Made by a program: the position numbers and the translations under genes
Notes under the pieces: generated by a model
What the model saw: the letters and a program-made list of their open reading frames with translations, nothing else
What the model was told of the DNA's origin: nothing
Database searches by the model: none
Part shown: positions 8,718 through 17,713 of the stretch, piece after piece
How positions within the stretch are numbered: the first letter of the stretch is position 1
Layout of the letters: the number at the start of each line of letters is the position of its first letter
Source: an uncultured Owenweeksia sp.
GTDB lineage: Bacteria > Bacteroidota > Bacteroidia > Flavobacteriales > Schleiferiaceae
NCBI GenBank assembly: GCA_964504345.1
Contig: CAZDDX010000006.1
Location: forward strand, 14,754-78,753
Length of the DNA: 64,000 bases
Direction of reading: 5' to 3'

Positions 8718-11209
8718 AAATCGCCGCGGCCGCGTCGGCGCTCCAATTTCAAGTCTTTGAGCAGCGGTGCTTTGACGCCCAGCCCAATGGAATAAGACCG
8801 TGCATAGCCCATGGGCACCCACCGAATGCGCATTTCCCAGCAGTGAATCAAGCGGTACACATCCACGGTGGTAAACGTGATGGAGCGCGCCATGAGGTCG
8901 TAGCCGGAGGAAACCCCCAACCGCCAATTCGCTGTGGGCTCTATGCTCGCGTCCAGACGGATGGACTGTTTGAATGGGGCGGACGGAGTGGCAGGGTCGT
9001 ACCGCAGCGAATAACCGCCTGAAAGGCTCCACGTAGCAGAAATAGGTTGCAGAAGCAAGTCGCCAAACGGATTGGCGTAGAGGTCTTGTTCCAAACCGTT
9101 CTCACCCACCGAAACTTGCGGCCGGCCGTTGACGGAACCGCCGGACAAGCGGAAATCCGCACTGAACTGCTGCACCTGGGGCCGCAGCAAAACGCCGTTG
9201 GTGCTCCAGGCAGAAGCCAAAATGCGTTTGCCGGTGGAATCCACACCGTACGGGTCAAATTGCCCCTGGTACACCAAACGCAAGCCGCCCTTAAAAAGCG
9301 ACGTTGACGCCCGGGCGCCCATCATCGTCCACGCAAAAGGCCCCGCTGCCGGGTTGTATCCTAAGTCCACCGTAGCATCTTCCAAAAGAGCGAATTTCTT
9401 GGGCTCCAGGGTATCGCGCTTCCTCCCTTTGGCCTCCAGCACGTTGCGCACTCGGAATTGAACGCCACTTCCTCCACCAATGCTGGGCGCTCCGTACAGA
9501 AAATCGCCTCCCGTAAACCGGCTCTTGAAGGAGGTTGTGCCCGCCGAATCCGTTTGGACTTGTTGAAAGGCGCCCCACTCCGGCCGGGTGAACTCCGGGG
9601 CAATGCGCGCGGAAACCGTAGGATATACCACGTGCCGCACGGCAGATAAGGGGCCCCATTTCAATTTGTACAAACCATAGACGGTGGTGGACAACGCGGC
9701 TTGCGCCCCGTAATCCCGAACCGCAAAAAAACCGCGGGCCGTATCCGTTTGCACGGCTTGACGCACCGAATCGTAGGAATAAGACAGTCGGTACGGATAC
9801 CACCGTTCGTTGTAACTGGCCGACGGACTTAAGGTGATGAATTTGAACAGTTTGGCATTGGTGGAGAACGATACGGCGTGCGATGCTCCTGCCTTGATTC
9901 GATCCCGGTCCAAGAGTGCTGCTGGGTCTTGGATTTCCGAAATCAGCCCGTTCCATTCGTTCCGCGCATTGAGGCCGTACTGTATGCCAAAATCCCGCAA
10001 CCACGCAGTGCCCTGCCCGTCCACGCGTCGGAAGGGCTGTATGCGCATCATGGCAAAGTTGACCTCCGGAGCGTTCAAAGTCATGGTCCCTTTTTGGTTG
10101 TTTTGCCGATGGCGCAGTGCCGCGCTCAAGGAAAACGGGGTGCCGCTCCAGATTTTGGTAGCGGAAATGGAGGACGACAAATCGTTTTTCAGGAATTGAT
10201 TGGGATCCGTGGTGGCGTTCTTGAAAAACGCACCGCTGGCGAGATCTACTTTGGCAGAGAACCGGAAGCCGGGGCGGGCCTTGGGGTCTTGGGTGTGGGT
10301 CCAGCCAATGCGAAAATCTGTGGAGTTTTGGTAGGCTCCGGTTCCGGCAAAACGCGGATCTCCAAAGCGAATTCGGTTGACGTTGAACGTGAAATTCCCG
10401 TTGAATTTGTACCGAACGCGGTAACCGGAGGTCGCCTGTACGGCCCAGGAACCTTGGCTGTAAAAATCTGCGGTCAAACGGAGGTCCTGGTAGTCGTTCA
10501 GCACAAAGTAGTAGCCCAGCCCCGTGAGGCCCAAACCCCACTCGCGTCGGTCGGAAAAATTGGGCAACAAAAAGCCAGAAGCTCGTTTTTCCGCCATCGG
10601 AAAGAAGGCAAACGGCAAGGCCAACGGCGTGGGAATGCCCGCAATTTGCAAATAAGCGGGCCCGGTTACGATGCGTTTGCCCACGTCCAACTTCGCGCGC
10701 TGGGTCACAATGGCAAAGTGGGGCGTTTCGTGGTTGCACGTGCTGAAGGTGTTGTTCGCCAAAAAATAACTGCTGTCGGAAATCATTTTGGCTTGGCCGC
10801 CGTGCAAATACCCCCCGCCTTCTTGCGTATTAGCGCTTTTGATCCATCCCTTTCCCGTACCCAAATGGTAGCGGATGGTGTCCGCGTACAGCGTTCGTTC
10901 TCCTTCTTTGAAGACGGGGTATTGCCCCATTTTGCCCGACGAGTCCCGCACCCCGTATGCCGTTAACAGGCTGTTGTTGAAGTCAATGAAAATCTCGCCG
11001 GCCCGCAAATCCAAACCCGAATACTGAACCCAGGCCTTTTGGGTCAGCAAAACGGTACGGTCTTTGGGATTCACTTCCGTGCGGCCGCGATCGGCTTCGG
11101 TTCCCCACTGCACCGGTCCGCTGAGGGACGCTCCGCCGGACTGGCCCCAAATCGGGGCGGTCACTGCCCATAATCCAAGCAAAAGCGTTATTTTTGTAGA
11201 GAACCGCAT
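8714..11209 (-). CDS. lptD: putative LPS-assembly outer-membrane protein (Bacteroidota LptD/OstA family)
   Basis: 831 aa with a signal peptide, an N-terminal OstA-like region and a long beta-rich body. Its stop overlaps the convergent pabA end by 4 nt. Confidence 0.75.
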   Translation of the reverse strand: MRFSTKITLLLGLWAVTAPIWGQSGGASLSGPVQWGTEADRGRTEVNPKDRTVLLTQKAWVQYSGLDLRAGEIFIDFNNSLLTAYGVRDSSGKMGQYPVFKEGERTLYADTIRYHLGTGKGWIKSANTQEGGGYLHGGQAKMISDSSYFLANNTFSTCNHETPHFAIVTQRAKLDVGKRIVTGPAYLQIAGIPTPLALPFAFFPMAEKRASGFLLPNFSDRREWGLGLTGLGYYFVLNDYQDLRLTADFYSQGSWAVQATSGYRVRYKFNGNFTFNVNRIRFGDPRFAGTGAYQNSTDFRIGWTHTQDPKARPGFRFSAKVDLASGAFFKNATTDPNQFLKNDLSSSISATKIWSGTPFSLSAALRHRQNNQKGTMTLNAPEVNFAMMRIQPFRRVDGQGTAWLRDFGIQYGLNARNEWNGLISEIQDPAALLDRDRIKAGASHAVSFSTNAKLFKFITLSPSASYNERWYPYRLSYSYDSVRQAVQTDTARGFFAVRDYGAQAALSTTVYGLYKLKWGPLSAVRHVVYPTVSARIAPEFTRPEWGAFQQVQTDSAGTTSFKSRFTGGDFLYGAPSIGGGSGVQFRVRNVLEAKGRKRDTLEPKKFALLEDATVDLGYNPAAGPFAWTMMGARASTSLFKGGLRLVYQGQFDPYGVDSTGKRILASAWSTNGVLLRPQVQQFSADFRLSGGSVNGRPQVSVGENGLEQDLYANPFGDLLLQPISATWSLSGGYSLRYDPATPSAPFKQSIRLDASIEPTANWRLGVSSGYDLMARSITFTTVDVYRLIHCWEMRIRWVPMGYARSYSIGLGVKAPLLKDLKLERRRGRGDF
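11189..11196 (+). promoter_or_regulatory. -7 box TATTTTTG for the amidase operon, located inside lptD codons 5-7
   Basis: TAnnTTTG match 34 nt upstream of ATG 11231. The lptD/amidase start codons are only 21 bp apart. Confidence 0.45.
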
Positions 11210-11216
11210 GAACCGT

Positions 11217-11224
11217 CAAAAGTA
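11217..11224 (-). promoter_or_regulatory. -7 box TACTTTTG for lptD
   Basis: TAnnTTTG match 7 nt from ATG 11209. Confidence 0.5.
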
Positions 11225-11230
11225 CCAAAA

Positions 11231-12520
11231 ATGAAAGGCTTTGTCCGCATGGCGGCGGTGACAAGCCTCGCCTTTTTTCTGCCCCTCGCCGGTTTTCGGC
11301 CGCCCGTTGCGCCAGACAACTTGGTGGACCGCGTCATTATTGATGCCGGTCACGGCGGAAAAGACCCCGGAAACCTGGGCACCGGGCGCTACAGCAAAAA
11401 AGAAAAAGACGTGGCGCTGATCGTAGCGCGCCAGGTAGGTCAATTGATTCAGCAGCGATTGCCGGGAGTAGAAGTGGTTTGGACCCGGTCCGACGACCGT
11501 TTTTTGGAGCTCTACGAGCGCACCGCCATTGCCAATCGAGAAAAAGGAGATCTCTTCATCTCCATCCACTGCGACGCTGCGGAGAACCATGCCGCGTATG
11601 GTGCGACGACCTATGTAATGGGTAAAAACCACGACGACGAAAATCAGGTTGCCCTGCGCGAGAATTCCGTAATTCTCATGGAGGATAATTTTGAAGACAA
11701 GTACGAGGGATTTGACCCCCGCAAGCCGGAAACATACATTGCACTCACGCTCTTTCAACGCGCTTATCAGGCGCAAAGTATTCAGTTCGCCCAAACGGTG
11801 CAAGACGACTTCCGCACCGTCATCGGCCGTAAGGACCGCGGCGTGCGCCAGCAGCCGCTCTACGTCACCAGCCGCACCTCCATGCCGTCTGCCTTGATCG
11901 AACTGGGTTTCACCACCAACAGCGCCGAAGAAGATTTTTTGATGAGCGCGGACGGTCAGCATACGATGGCAGAAGGAATCTACCGCGCGTTTGCCCAGTA
12001 CAAGGCACGTCGCGAAGGCGTAGCCGTCCCAACTCAGTCCCTTTTGGAGTCCCAACTCCCAAAACCGGGCAGAACACCAGCGTCCGGCGACGTGCCCGCT
12101 CTCCCCTATCCGTTGACCGCCAAACCATCGTCTATCGTTCCGGTATCTGAGGTTCCCGCGCCCAAGCCCGCGGCACCAACGACGTCGGCTCCCGCACCTG
12201 CATCAACTTTGGCGCCTGCTGAACCCGTCCCCGGGTTGGCTGAAGCAGAAAAGCCTGCAGTGATTTTCCGGGTTCAATTGTCCACCTCCGGAACCGCCAA
12301 ATCAGAGACCGATCCCTTGTTTGCAGCCGTACAACCGGTACATCGAGTTTTGGAAGGCAAGCTGTACAAGTTCTACTCCAAAGGATGTACCACCGAGGCG
12401 GAAGCGATCCAATTGTTGGGTGTTGCGAAGAAAAACGGTTTCCCAGATGCTTTTTTGGTAGCATTTCGCGGGACCCTCAAAATTTCTGTTGCCGAAGCGC
12501 GCGCCCAAACCACTCCCTAA
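11231..12520 (+). CDS. N-acetylmuramoyl-L-alanine amidase (Amidase_3) with Pro/Ala linker and C-terminal SPOR domain
   Basis: VIIDAGHGGKDPG and LFISIHCDA are zinc-site motifs. The C-terminal VIFRVQLSTS...KLYKFYSKGCTTEAEAIQLL...GFPDAFLVAF is SPOR-like. Confidence 0.85.
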   Translation: MKGFVRMAAVTSLAFFLPLAGFRPPVAPDNLVDRVIIDAGHGGKDPGNLGTGRYSKKEKDVALIVARQVGQLIQQRLPGVEVVWTRSDDRFLELYERTAIANREKGDLFISIHCDAAENHAAYGATTYVMGKNHDDENQVALRENSVILMEDNFEDKYEGFDPRKPETYIALTLFQRAYQAQSIQFAQTVQDDFRTVIGRKDRGVRQQPLYVTSRTSMPSALIELGFTTNSAEEDFLMSADGQHTMAEGIYRAFAQYKARREGVAVPTQSLLESQLPKPGRTPASGDVPALPYPLTAKPSSIVPVSEVPAPKPAAPTTSAPAPASTLAPAEPVPGLAEAEKPAVIFRVQLSTSGTAKSETDPLFAAVQPVHRVLEGKLYKFYSKGCTTEAEAIQLLGVAKKNGFPDAFLVAFRGTLKISVAEARAQTTP

Positions 12521-12529
12521 ACCTCAGCC

Positions 12530-13513
12530 ATGCTCAAAATTCGTCCCTCCAAAGAATTTGTTGCCGGCGCGTTGGTCGTGGTGGCTGTGGCCGGCCTCTA
12601 CTGGGGCATTTCATTTTTGAAAGGGAACGACGTATTCAAATCCGAACGGGTCTTTTACGCCGTTTACAACAATGCCCAGGGACTGATGAAGGCCAACCCG
12701 GTCACCATCAACGGTTTTCAAGTGGGTCAAGTGGGCGATTTGTACTTTCATCCGGACCTCAGCGGACGTCTGATCGCCAAAATAGTGGTTTCCAACGATT
12801 ACCCCGTGCCTACGAACACCGTGGCGCGTATTTCCTCGAATGGCCTATTGGGCGAGAAAATGGTGGTCCTCCTGCTGGGAAATGCCTCACAAAGTGCTGC
12901 GAGCGGCGACACTCTGTTGGGTTCCATTGAAGTTTCGATCACGGAAACCATCAACGCCGAAGTGGCCCCCATTAAGTTAAAAGCGGAAAAGCTCATGGGC
13001 TCTTTGGACACGGCCATCCAAGTGCTGACCGGATTCCTGGACCCCAAAACCGAACGCGCTTTCCGGACGTCCGTGGTGAGTTTGGAGAACAGCTTGGATC
13101 ACCTGGAGGGCATCACGAAAAATACCGACGGACTGTTGGCAGACAACCGTGCCAAGCTGGACCGACTGTTCTCCAACTTGGACAAACTGGGGCAAACGCT
13201 TGCCGCTAATTCCGGTGACTTGGATCGGGCTTTGTCCAACGCTGCATCCATTACAGACACCCTGGCTGCTGCCAATTTGACCCAAACGCTCGCACATCTG
13301 GAACAGACCAGCGCGCACTTGGCCGTCATCACAGATAAAATTGCCGCTGGAAAAGGAACTTTGGGTTTGTTGGTGCACGATGAAAAACTGTACCGCGATG
13401 TGGACGGAGCCCTCGTTTCGTTGGAAAAACTTCTCACGGATTTCCGAGCCCACCCGCGTCGTTATCTTGCGCCCTTTGGAAAACGCAACAACGACGAAAA
13501 ATCTGAAGAATAA
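12530..13513 (+). CDS. mlaD: MlaD/Mce family protein
   Basis: N-terminal TM helix followed by an MCE domain (YAVYNNAQGLMKANPVTINGFQVGQV) and a long coiled C-terminus. Confidence 0.8.
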   Translation: MLKIRPSKEFVAGALVVVAVAGLYWGISFLKGNDVFKSERVFYAVYNNAQGLMKANPVTINGFQVGQVGDLYFHPDLSGRLIAKIVVSNDYPVPTNTVARISSNGLLGEKMVVLLLGNASQSAASGDTLLGSIEVSITETINAEVAPIKLKAEKLMGSLDTAIQVLTGFLDPKTERAFRTSVVSLENSLDHLEGITKNTDGLLADNRAKLDRLFSNLDKLGQTLAANSGDLDRALSNAASITDTLAAANLTQTLAHLEQTSAHLAVITDKIAAGKGTLGLLVHDEKLYRDVDGALVSLEKLLTDFRAHPRRYLAPFGKRNNDEKSEE

Positions 13514-14772
13514 TGGGTATTTCTACACTTCTATTCCTGGCCCTAACGGGCTCTGCCGGTTGGGCTTTTTCACGGAAGGTGCGCCTCATTCGCGCCAAAA
13601 TCAACCTGGGACAACCCGTGGATCGGCAGGACCGCAGCGGAGAACGGTGGGCCACCATGGCGCGCGTGGCCTTGGGCCAAAGCAAAATGGGCGCCAAACC
13701 CTTGCCGGCCCTATTGCACCTTTTGGTGTATGTTGGCTTTGTGCTGATCAACATTGAAGTTTTGGAAATGCTGGTGGACGGCATTGCCGGCACGCACCGA
13801 TTTTTCCAACCGTATCTGGGTTCTGTCTACACCGCAGCCCTCAATTTCTTTGAGGTATTGGCGCTTTTGGTGTTGGTCGCTTGTGCGATCTTTTTGACCC
13901 GACGGTTCGTCTCGCGCGTACCCCGCTTGCAACACCCGGATTTGGCCGGATTCCCGCAAAAAGACGCCACCACCATTTTGGTGGTTGAAGTCGTTTTAAT
14001 GGCCGCACTCCTGCTGATGAATGCCGCGGAAGCGGCCTTGCCCGGCGGTACTGGCTACGTGATCTCTGGATACCTGGTCTCTTTGTTGTTTGGCCTCTCC
14101 GAATCTTCACTGCATGCCGTGGTTACGGGTGCCTGGTGGTTTCACTGGGTTGGGATTTTGGCCTTTTTGAACTACCTCCCCTACTCCAAGCACTTCCACA
14201 TCGTACTGGCCTTCCCCAACACTTACTACAGCAAATTAACCCCCAAGGGACAGCTGGACTCCATGCCCAGTGTCACGCACGAGGTCAAGGCCATGCTGGA
14301 TCCTTCCTACGCCCCCCCGGCCGGTGACGCTCCGGCGCGATTTGGCGCCAAGGACGTGGTGGATTTGCACTGGGTGAATCTGTTAAACGCCTACACGTGT
14401 ACGGAATGCGGTCGGTGTACGGAAGCCTGTCCGGCCAACCAAACCGGCAAAAAACTCAGCCCCCGTCGCATCATGATGGCCACCCGCGACCGGTTGGAAA
14501 ACTACCAACCCGAAGACGGCTTGTCTCTCCTGGACCACGGCATTTCACGCGAAGAACTTTGGGCCTGCACCACGTGCAATGCGTGCACGGAGGCCTGCCC
14601 CATTGGCATTGACCCCTTGGACATCATCGTGCAAATGCGGCAGTACATCGTTATGGAAGAATCCGGCGCTCCACACGGTTTGAACGCCATGATGACCAAT
14701 TTGGAAAACAACGGAGCACCGTGGCCGTTTGCACAAGCAGACAAGGGCCGCTGGGCGCAAGAACTGAACTGA
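13513..14772 (+). CDS. membrane-anchored (Fe-S)-binding protein: HdrE/NarI-like polytopic domain fused to a 2x[4Fe-4S] ferredoxin domain
   Basis: About 5 hydrophobic helices are followed by CTECGRCTEACP and CTTCNACTEACP. Confidence 0.85.
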   Translation: MGISTLLFLALTGSAGWAFSRKVRLIRAKINLGQPVDRQDRSGERWATMARVALGQSKMGAKPLPALLHLLVYVGFVLINIEVLEMLVDGIAGTHRFFQPYLGSVYTAALNFFEVLALLVLVACAIFLTRRFVSRVPRLQHPDLAGFPQKDATTILVVEVVLMAALLLMNAAEAALPGGTGYVISGYLVSLLFGLSESSLHAVVTGAWWFHWVGILAFLNYLPYSKHFHIVLAFPNTYYSKLTPKGQLDSMPSVTHEVKAMLDPSYAPPAGDAPARFGAKDVVDLHWVNLLNAYTCTECGRCTEACPANQTGKKLSPRRIMMATRDRLENYQPEDGLSLLDHGISREELWACTTCNACTEACPIGIDPLDIIVQMRQYIVMEESGAPHGLNAMMTNLENNGAPWPFAQADKGRWAQELN

Positions 14773-14773
14773 T

Positions 14774-15568
14774 ATGGGGGATACCTTAACCATTCGAACC
14801 GTCGCTGAGTTTGCGGCCGCCGGCGAACTGCCCGAAGTAGTCTTTTGGACCGGATGCGCTGGTAGTTTTGACGACCGCGCCAAGAAAATCACCAAGGCCT
14901 TTGCGCGCTTGCTGCACAAGTCCGGCGTGTCCTTTGCCATCCTGGGCTCCGAAGAGGGGTGCACCGGGGATCCCGCCAAACGCGCCGGCAACGAATTCCT
15001 TTTCCAGATGCAGGCCCTTCAAAACATTGAAGTTCTCAACGCGTACGGCATTCAATCGTTGGTCACCGCATGCCCCCACTGCTTCAATACCCTAAAGAAC
15101 GAATACCCGGCGCTGGGCGGGCAGTATTCGGTGAAGCACCACACCCAATTCCTGCAAGAACTGCTGCAGTCCGGCCGCTTGCGGGTGGAGGGTGGAAAAT
15201 TTGAGGGCAAGAAAATCGTGTACCACGACCCCTGTTATTTGGGGCGGGCCAACGGTGAATACGAAGCTCCGCGGGCCGTTCTTGCTGCGCTTGAGGGAGA
15301 AATGCTGGAAATGAAGCGCAGCCGGAAAAACGGACTGTGCTGCGGTGCCGGCGGTGCGCAAATGTTTAAAGAGCCCGAACCCGGTCGCCAAGACATCAAT
15401 GTGGCCCGAACCGAAGAAGCCCTCGCGCTGCAACCAGACATCATCGCCACCGGATGCCCGTTTTGCAACACCATGCTCACCGACGGAACCAAACACTTCC
15501 AACAGGAAGGAAAAGTAGAGGTTCTGGACGTCGCTGAATTAATCGCCCGTGCCGACGACCTCGTTTGA
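14774..15568 (+). CDS. (Fe-S)-binding protein with two CCG cysteine-rich domains (HdrD C-terminal half-like)
   Basis: TGCAGSF...ACPHC and GLCCGAGG...GCPFC motifs. The gene starts 2 nt after the preceding gene. Confidence 0.85.
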   Translation: MGDTLTIRTVAEFAAAGELPEVVFWTGCAGSFDDRAKKITKAFARLLHKSGVSFAILGSEEGCTGDPAKRAGNEFLFQMQALQNIEVLNAYGIQSLVTACPHCFNTLKNEYPALGGQYSVKHHTQFLQELLQSGRLRVEGGKFEGKKIVYHDPCYLGRANGEYEAPRAVLAALEGEMLEMKRSRKNGLCCGAGGAQMFKEPEPGRQDINVARTEEALALQPDIIATGCPFCNTMLTDGTKHFQQEGKVEVLDVAELIARADDLV

Positions 15569-16034
15569 TTCCTTGCCGAACGACGCCCGAATTTGGGTGT
15601 ACGCCGCCGACCGCGCCCTGACGGACGCCGAGGTAGGCCGCATTGAACACGAGCTCCAGACGTTCACAACGGACTGGACTTCCCACGGTGCCGCCTTGCG
15701 CGCAGCAGCCAGCGTATTTGATCACCGTTTTGCGGTAATTGCCCTGGACACCCAAGAATCATCGGCCTCCGGCTGCAGCATAGACAAGTCCTTGCGTGCC
15801 GTGCAGCAACTGGAACAAGGCCTTCAATTGAGCCTCACGAACCGACTTTTCGTTTGGGTTGTGGGGCCGAACGGTTGGGAGAAATGGTCCGTAGGAAGTG
15901 CCAAAAAGACATGGAAAAACAAGCTGTGGCCCGCAGAAACGTATTTGGCAGACACCACGGCCAGCACCAAGGGCGCGTGGTTGGATTCGCGAAGGGCGCT
16001 TCCGGAAAACAGTTGGTTGGCCAAAGTGCGCTGA
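15549..16034 (+). CDS. conserved Bacteroidota protein of unknown function (invariant ASGCSID motif; often mis-named ABC transporter ATPase)
   Basis: 161 aa with LPNDARIWVY...SSASGCSIDKS. The GTG start overlaps the CCG gene by 20 nt. Confidence 0.6.
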   Translation: MPTTSFDSLPNDARIWVYAADRALTDAEVGRIEHELQTFTTDWTSHGAALRAAASVFDHRFAVIALDTQESSASGCSIDKSLRAVQQLEQGLQLSLTNRLFVWVVGPNGWEKWSVGSAKKTWKNKLWPAETYLADTTASTKGAWLDSRRALPENSWLAKVR

Positions 16035-16059
16035 GGCGCAGCTTGCCCTTCCCAGGGCG

Positions 16060-17232
16060 CTATATTGAATCTTGGGAGGTCATCGCCCCAGGGGTCCAAC
16101 CGGATTTGAGCTGGCGTGCTACCGCTTGATCTGCGGCAAACGTAAAGTTATCGGGATTTAGGGCGTCCAACGCCACCCACGAACATTGTTCCACATCGTG
16201 GGAACCCTCCGGTAAGGGAGAACCCCAATTTTGGACGGGCACGTCGGAATACCGCTGATTCTGTGGCTTCACCGTATAAAAGTGCACCAAAACATCCGCA
16301 TCGGGATCGAAGGCGCTGGGAACCGGATGCGTTGCGGATCCCCAACGCACGCCAACGTTCACGGGGAAGTTTAATTCTTCAATCCACTCGCGTTTCAGGG
16401 CCGTTGGAGCATCCTCTCCCGGCTCCATCCCTCCACCCGGGAATTTGACCAATTCGCGCCCGCGAAATCGTTCGCGAGACACCAAAACGCACCCGTCCCA
16501 CAGCAGGAGTCCGTACACCCGCTCCACCCAACGCCTACCGAGACCGGGGGTCCACGCTCGAAGCATTTGTCTTTTTCCTGGAGGTCCAGGCAACCGCTCC
16601 GGATGCCAACCGGCAGATTTTAGGCCTTGAATTACATTGCTTTTGGCGCAGTACGAAACCCACAGCGCACGGGGTGCTGCACGTTGGTACAGCGCCTGCC
16701 AAACAAAAGGCGTCCACAACTCCGGTTGCGAGGCGGGGGCAAAGGCGTCGTAGAGAAACAAACGAAATTTTGGTGATTTTTGAGCATCGTCGGACGCCAA
16801 CCAGTCCAAGGCGTCGGCGTGCAGGATGCGAATGCGCTCGGTCTCGCGGGCACGGCGGAGAGCGTCGCGCAGCAGCAGCGCGGCCGGGCGGGCAGACACC
16901 AAGGCCTCCCAATAAGCCGCTTCTTCCTCCAGATGCAGCGGATGCTTCTCCAAAGACCAGTACACGTATGGGGATTCCGGAGCGTTTTCTTCCATCCAAT
17001 GCGCCACAAGTGCCGCATTTAAACCGGTTCCATAGCCCAGTTCCAAAGCAAAAAACGGAGCTGAATCCTGAGGATCCCGCTCCGCTTGGTACGCAGTCCA
17101 GGCGGTTTCCCAGCCCCGCGTTAGGTAAACGTGTTGGCTTTCGGTCCACGCGCCACGTCGGCTGTGGTATGGAACTCCAAAGCGCTCATCGATCCACGAA
17201 AACGATTGATCATTCGTTTCCAGTAGCGGCAT
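16060..17232 (-). CDS. fusion protein: MnmD-type tRNA mnm5s2U34 SAM methyltransferase domain plus C-terminal NUDIX hydrolase domain
   Basis: The N-terminal half has ELGYGTGLN, YDAFAPASQPELWT and GKRQMLRA (MnmC methyltransferase-domain motifs). The C-terminal half has the NUDIX box GGGMEPGEDAPTALKREWIEELN. Confidence 0.75.
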   Translation of the reverse strand: MPLLETNDQSFSWIDERFGVPYHSRRGAWTESQHVYLTRGWETAWTAYQAERDPQDSAPFFALELGYGTGLNAALVAHWMEENAPESPYVYWSLEKHPLHLEEEAAYWEALVSARPAALLLRDALRRARETERIRILHADALDWLASDDAQKSPKFRLFLYDAFAPASQPELWTPFVWQALYQRAAPRALWVSYCAKSNVIQGLKSAGWHPERLPGPPGKRQMLRAWTPGLGRRWVERVYGLLLWDGCVLVSRERFRGRELVKFPGGGMEPGEDAPTALKREWIEELNFPVNVGVRWGSATHPVPSAFDPDADVLVHFYTVKPQNQRYSDVPVQNWGSPLPEGSHDVEQCSWVALDALNPDNFTFAADQAVARQLKSGWTPGAMTSQDSI

Positions 17233-17713
17233 CGGCGGGCAACTTCATTTTTTGGATGCGCGGAATGGGTCCCTGACAGTGCTGCTGGTGGCACGCCACG
17301 CAGGTTTCAATCAAGGCATTGTACGCATCGCGTTTTTCCGCTTGGGGCGCATTGGCTTCCACCAAACCAATCACCGCGTCCATTCGCTCCAAATACTCGG
17401 AGGATTTTTCGCGGAACACCTCCCCTAGCTCGTTGGGTTTGGTGGCTTGCGCAGACTGCATGTTGGCGTGTACTTCGCGCCAATTGCGCAATACGTCTGC
17501 GTCCCATTCGCCTGCGGCAAACTTGGCCTTATTGGCTTCGTGACCGGAGGCCATGGCACGCATCAGCGCCGCCAATTCACTGGCTTGGTACATCGTACCG
17601 GCTTCGGTTGCGGATACGGCTTCCTGCTTGGCCTGATCCGCCTTGTTGGAACAGGCGGCCAACAAACCAAATAGGCCCAATGCGGCCAGGCTCGCAATCG
17701 CGCGTGGACTCAT
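17210..17713 (-). CDS. lipoprotein, putative class II (c-prime/c556-like) c-type cytochrome
   Basis: Lipobox LLAAC. The protein is predicted all-helical with a single CVACH haem-binding motif close to the C-terminus. Confidence 0.6.
   Translation of the reverse strand: MSPRAIASLAALGLFGLLAACSNKADQAKQEAVSATEAGTMYQASELAALMRAMASGHEANKAKFAAGEWDADVLRNWREVHANMQSAQATKPNELGEVFREKSSEYLERMDAVIGLVEANAPQAEKRDAYNALIETCVACHQQHCQGPIPRIQKMKLPADAATGNE

Noticed and set aside
9291-10739. 482-aa minus-strand ORF, plus the 362-aa plus-strand ORF 9878..10966.
   Set aside because: Both lie inside lptD in alternative or antisense frames. They are Arg/Pro/Gly-rich with no recognisable motifs.
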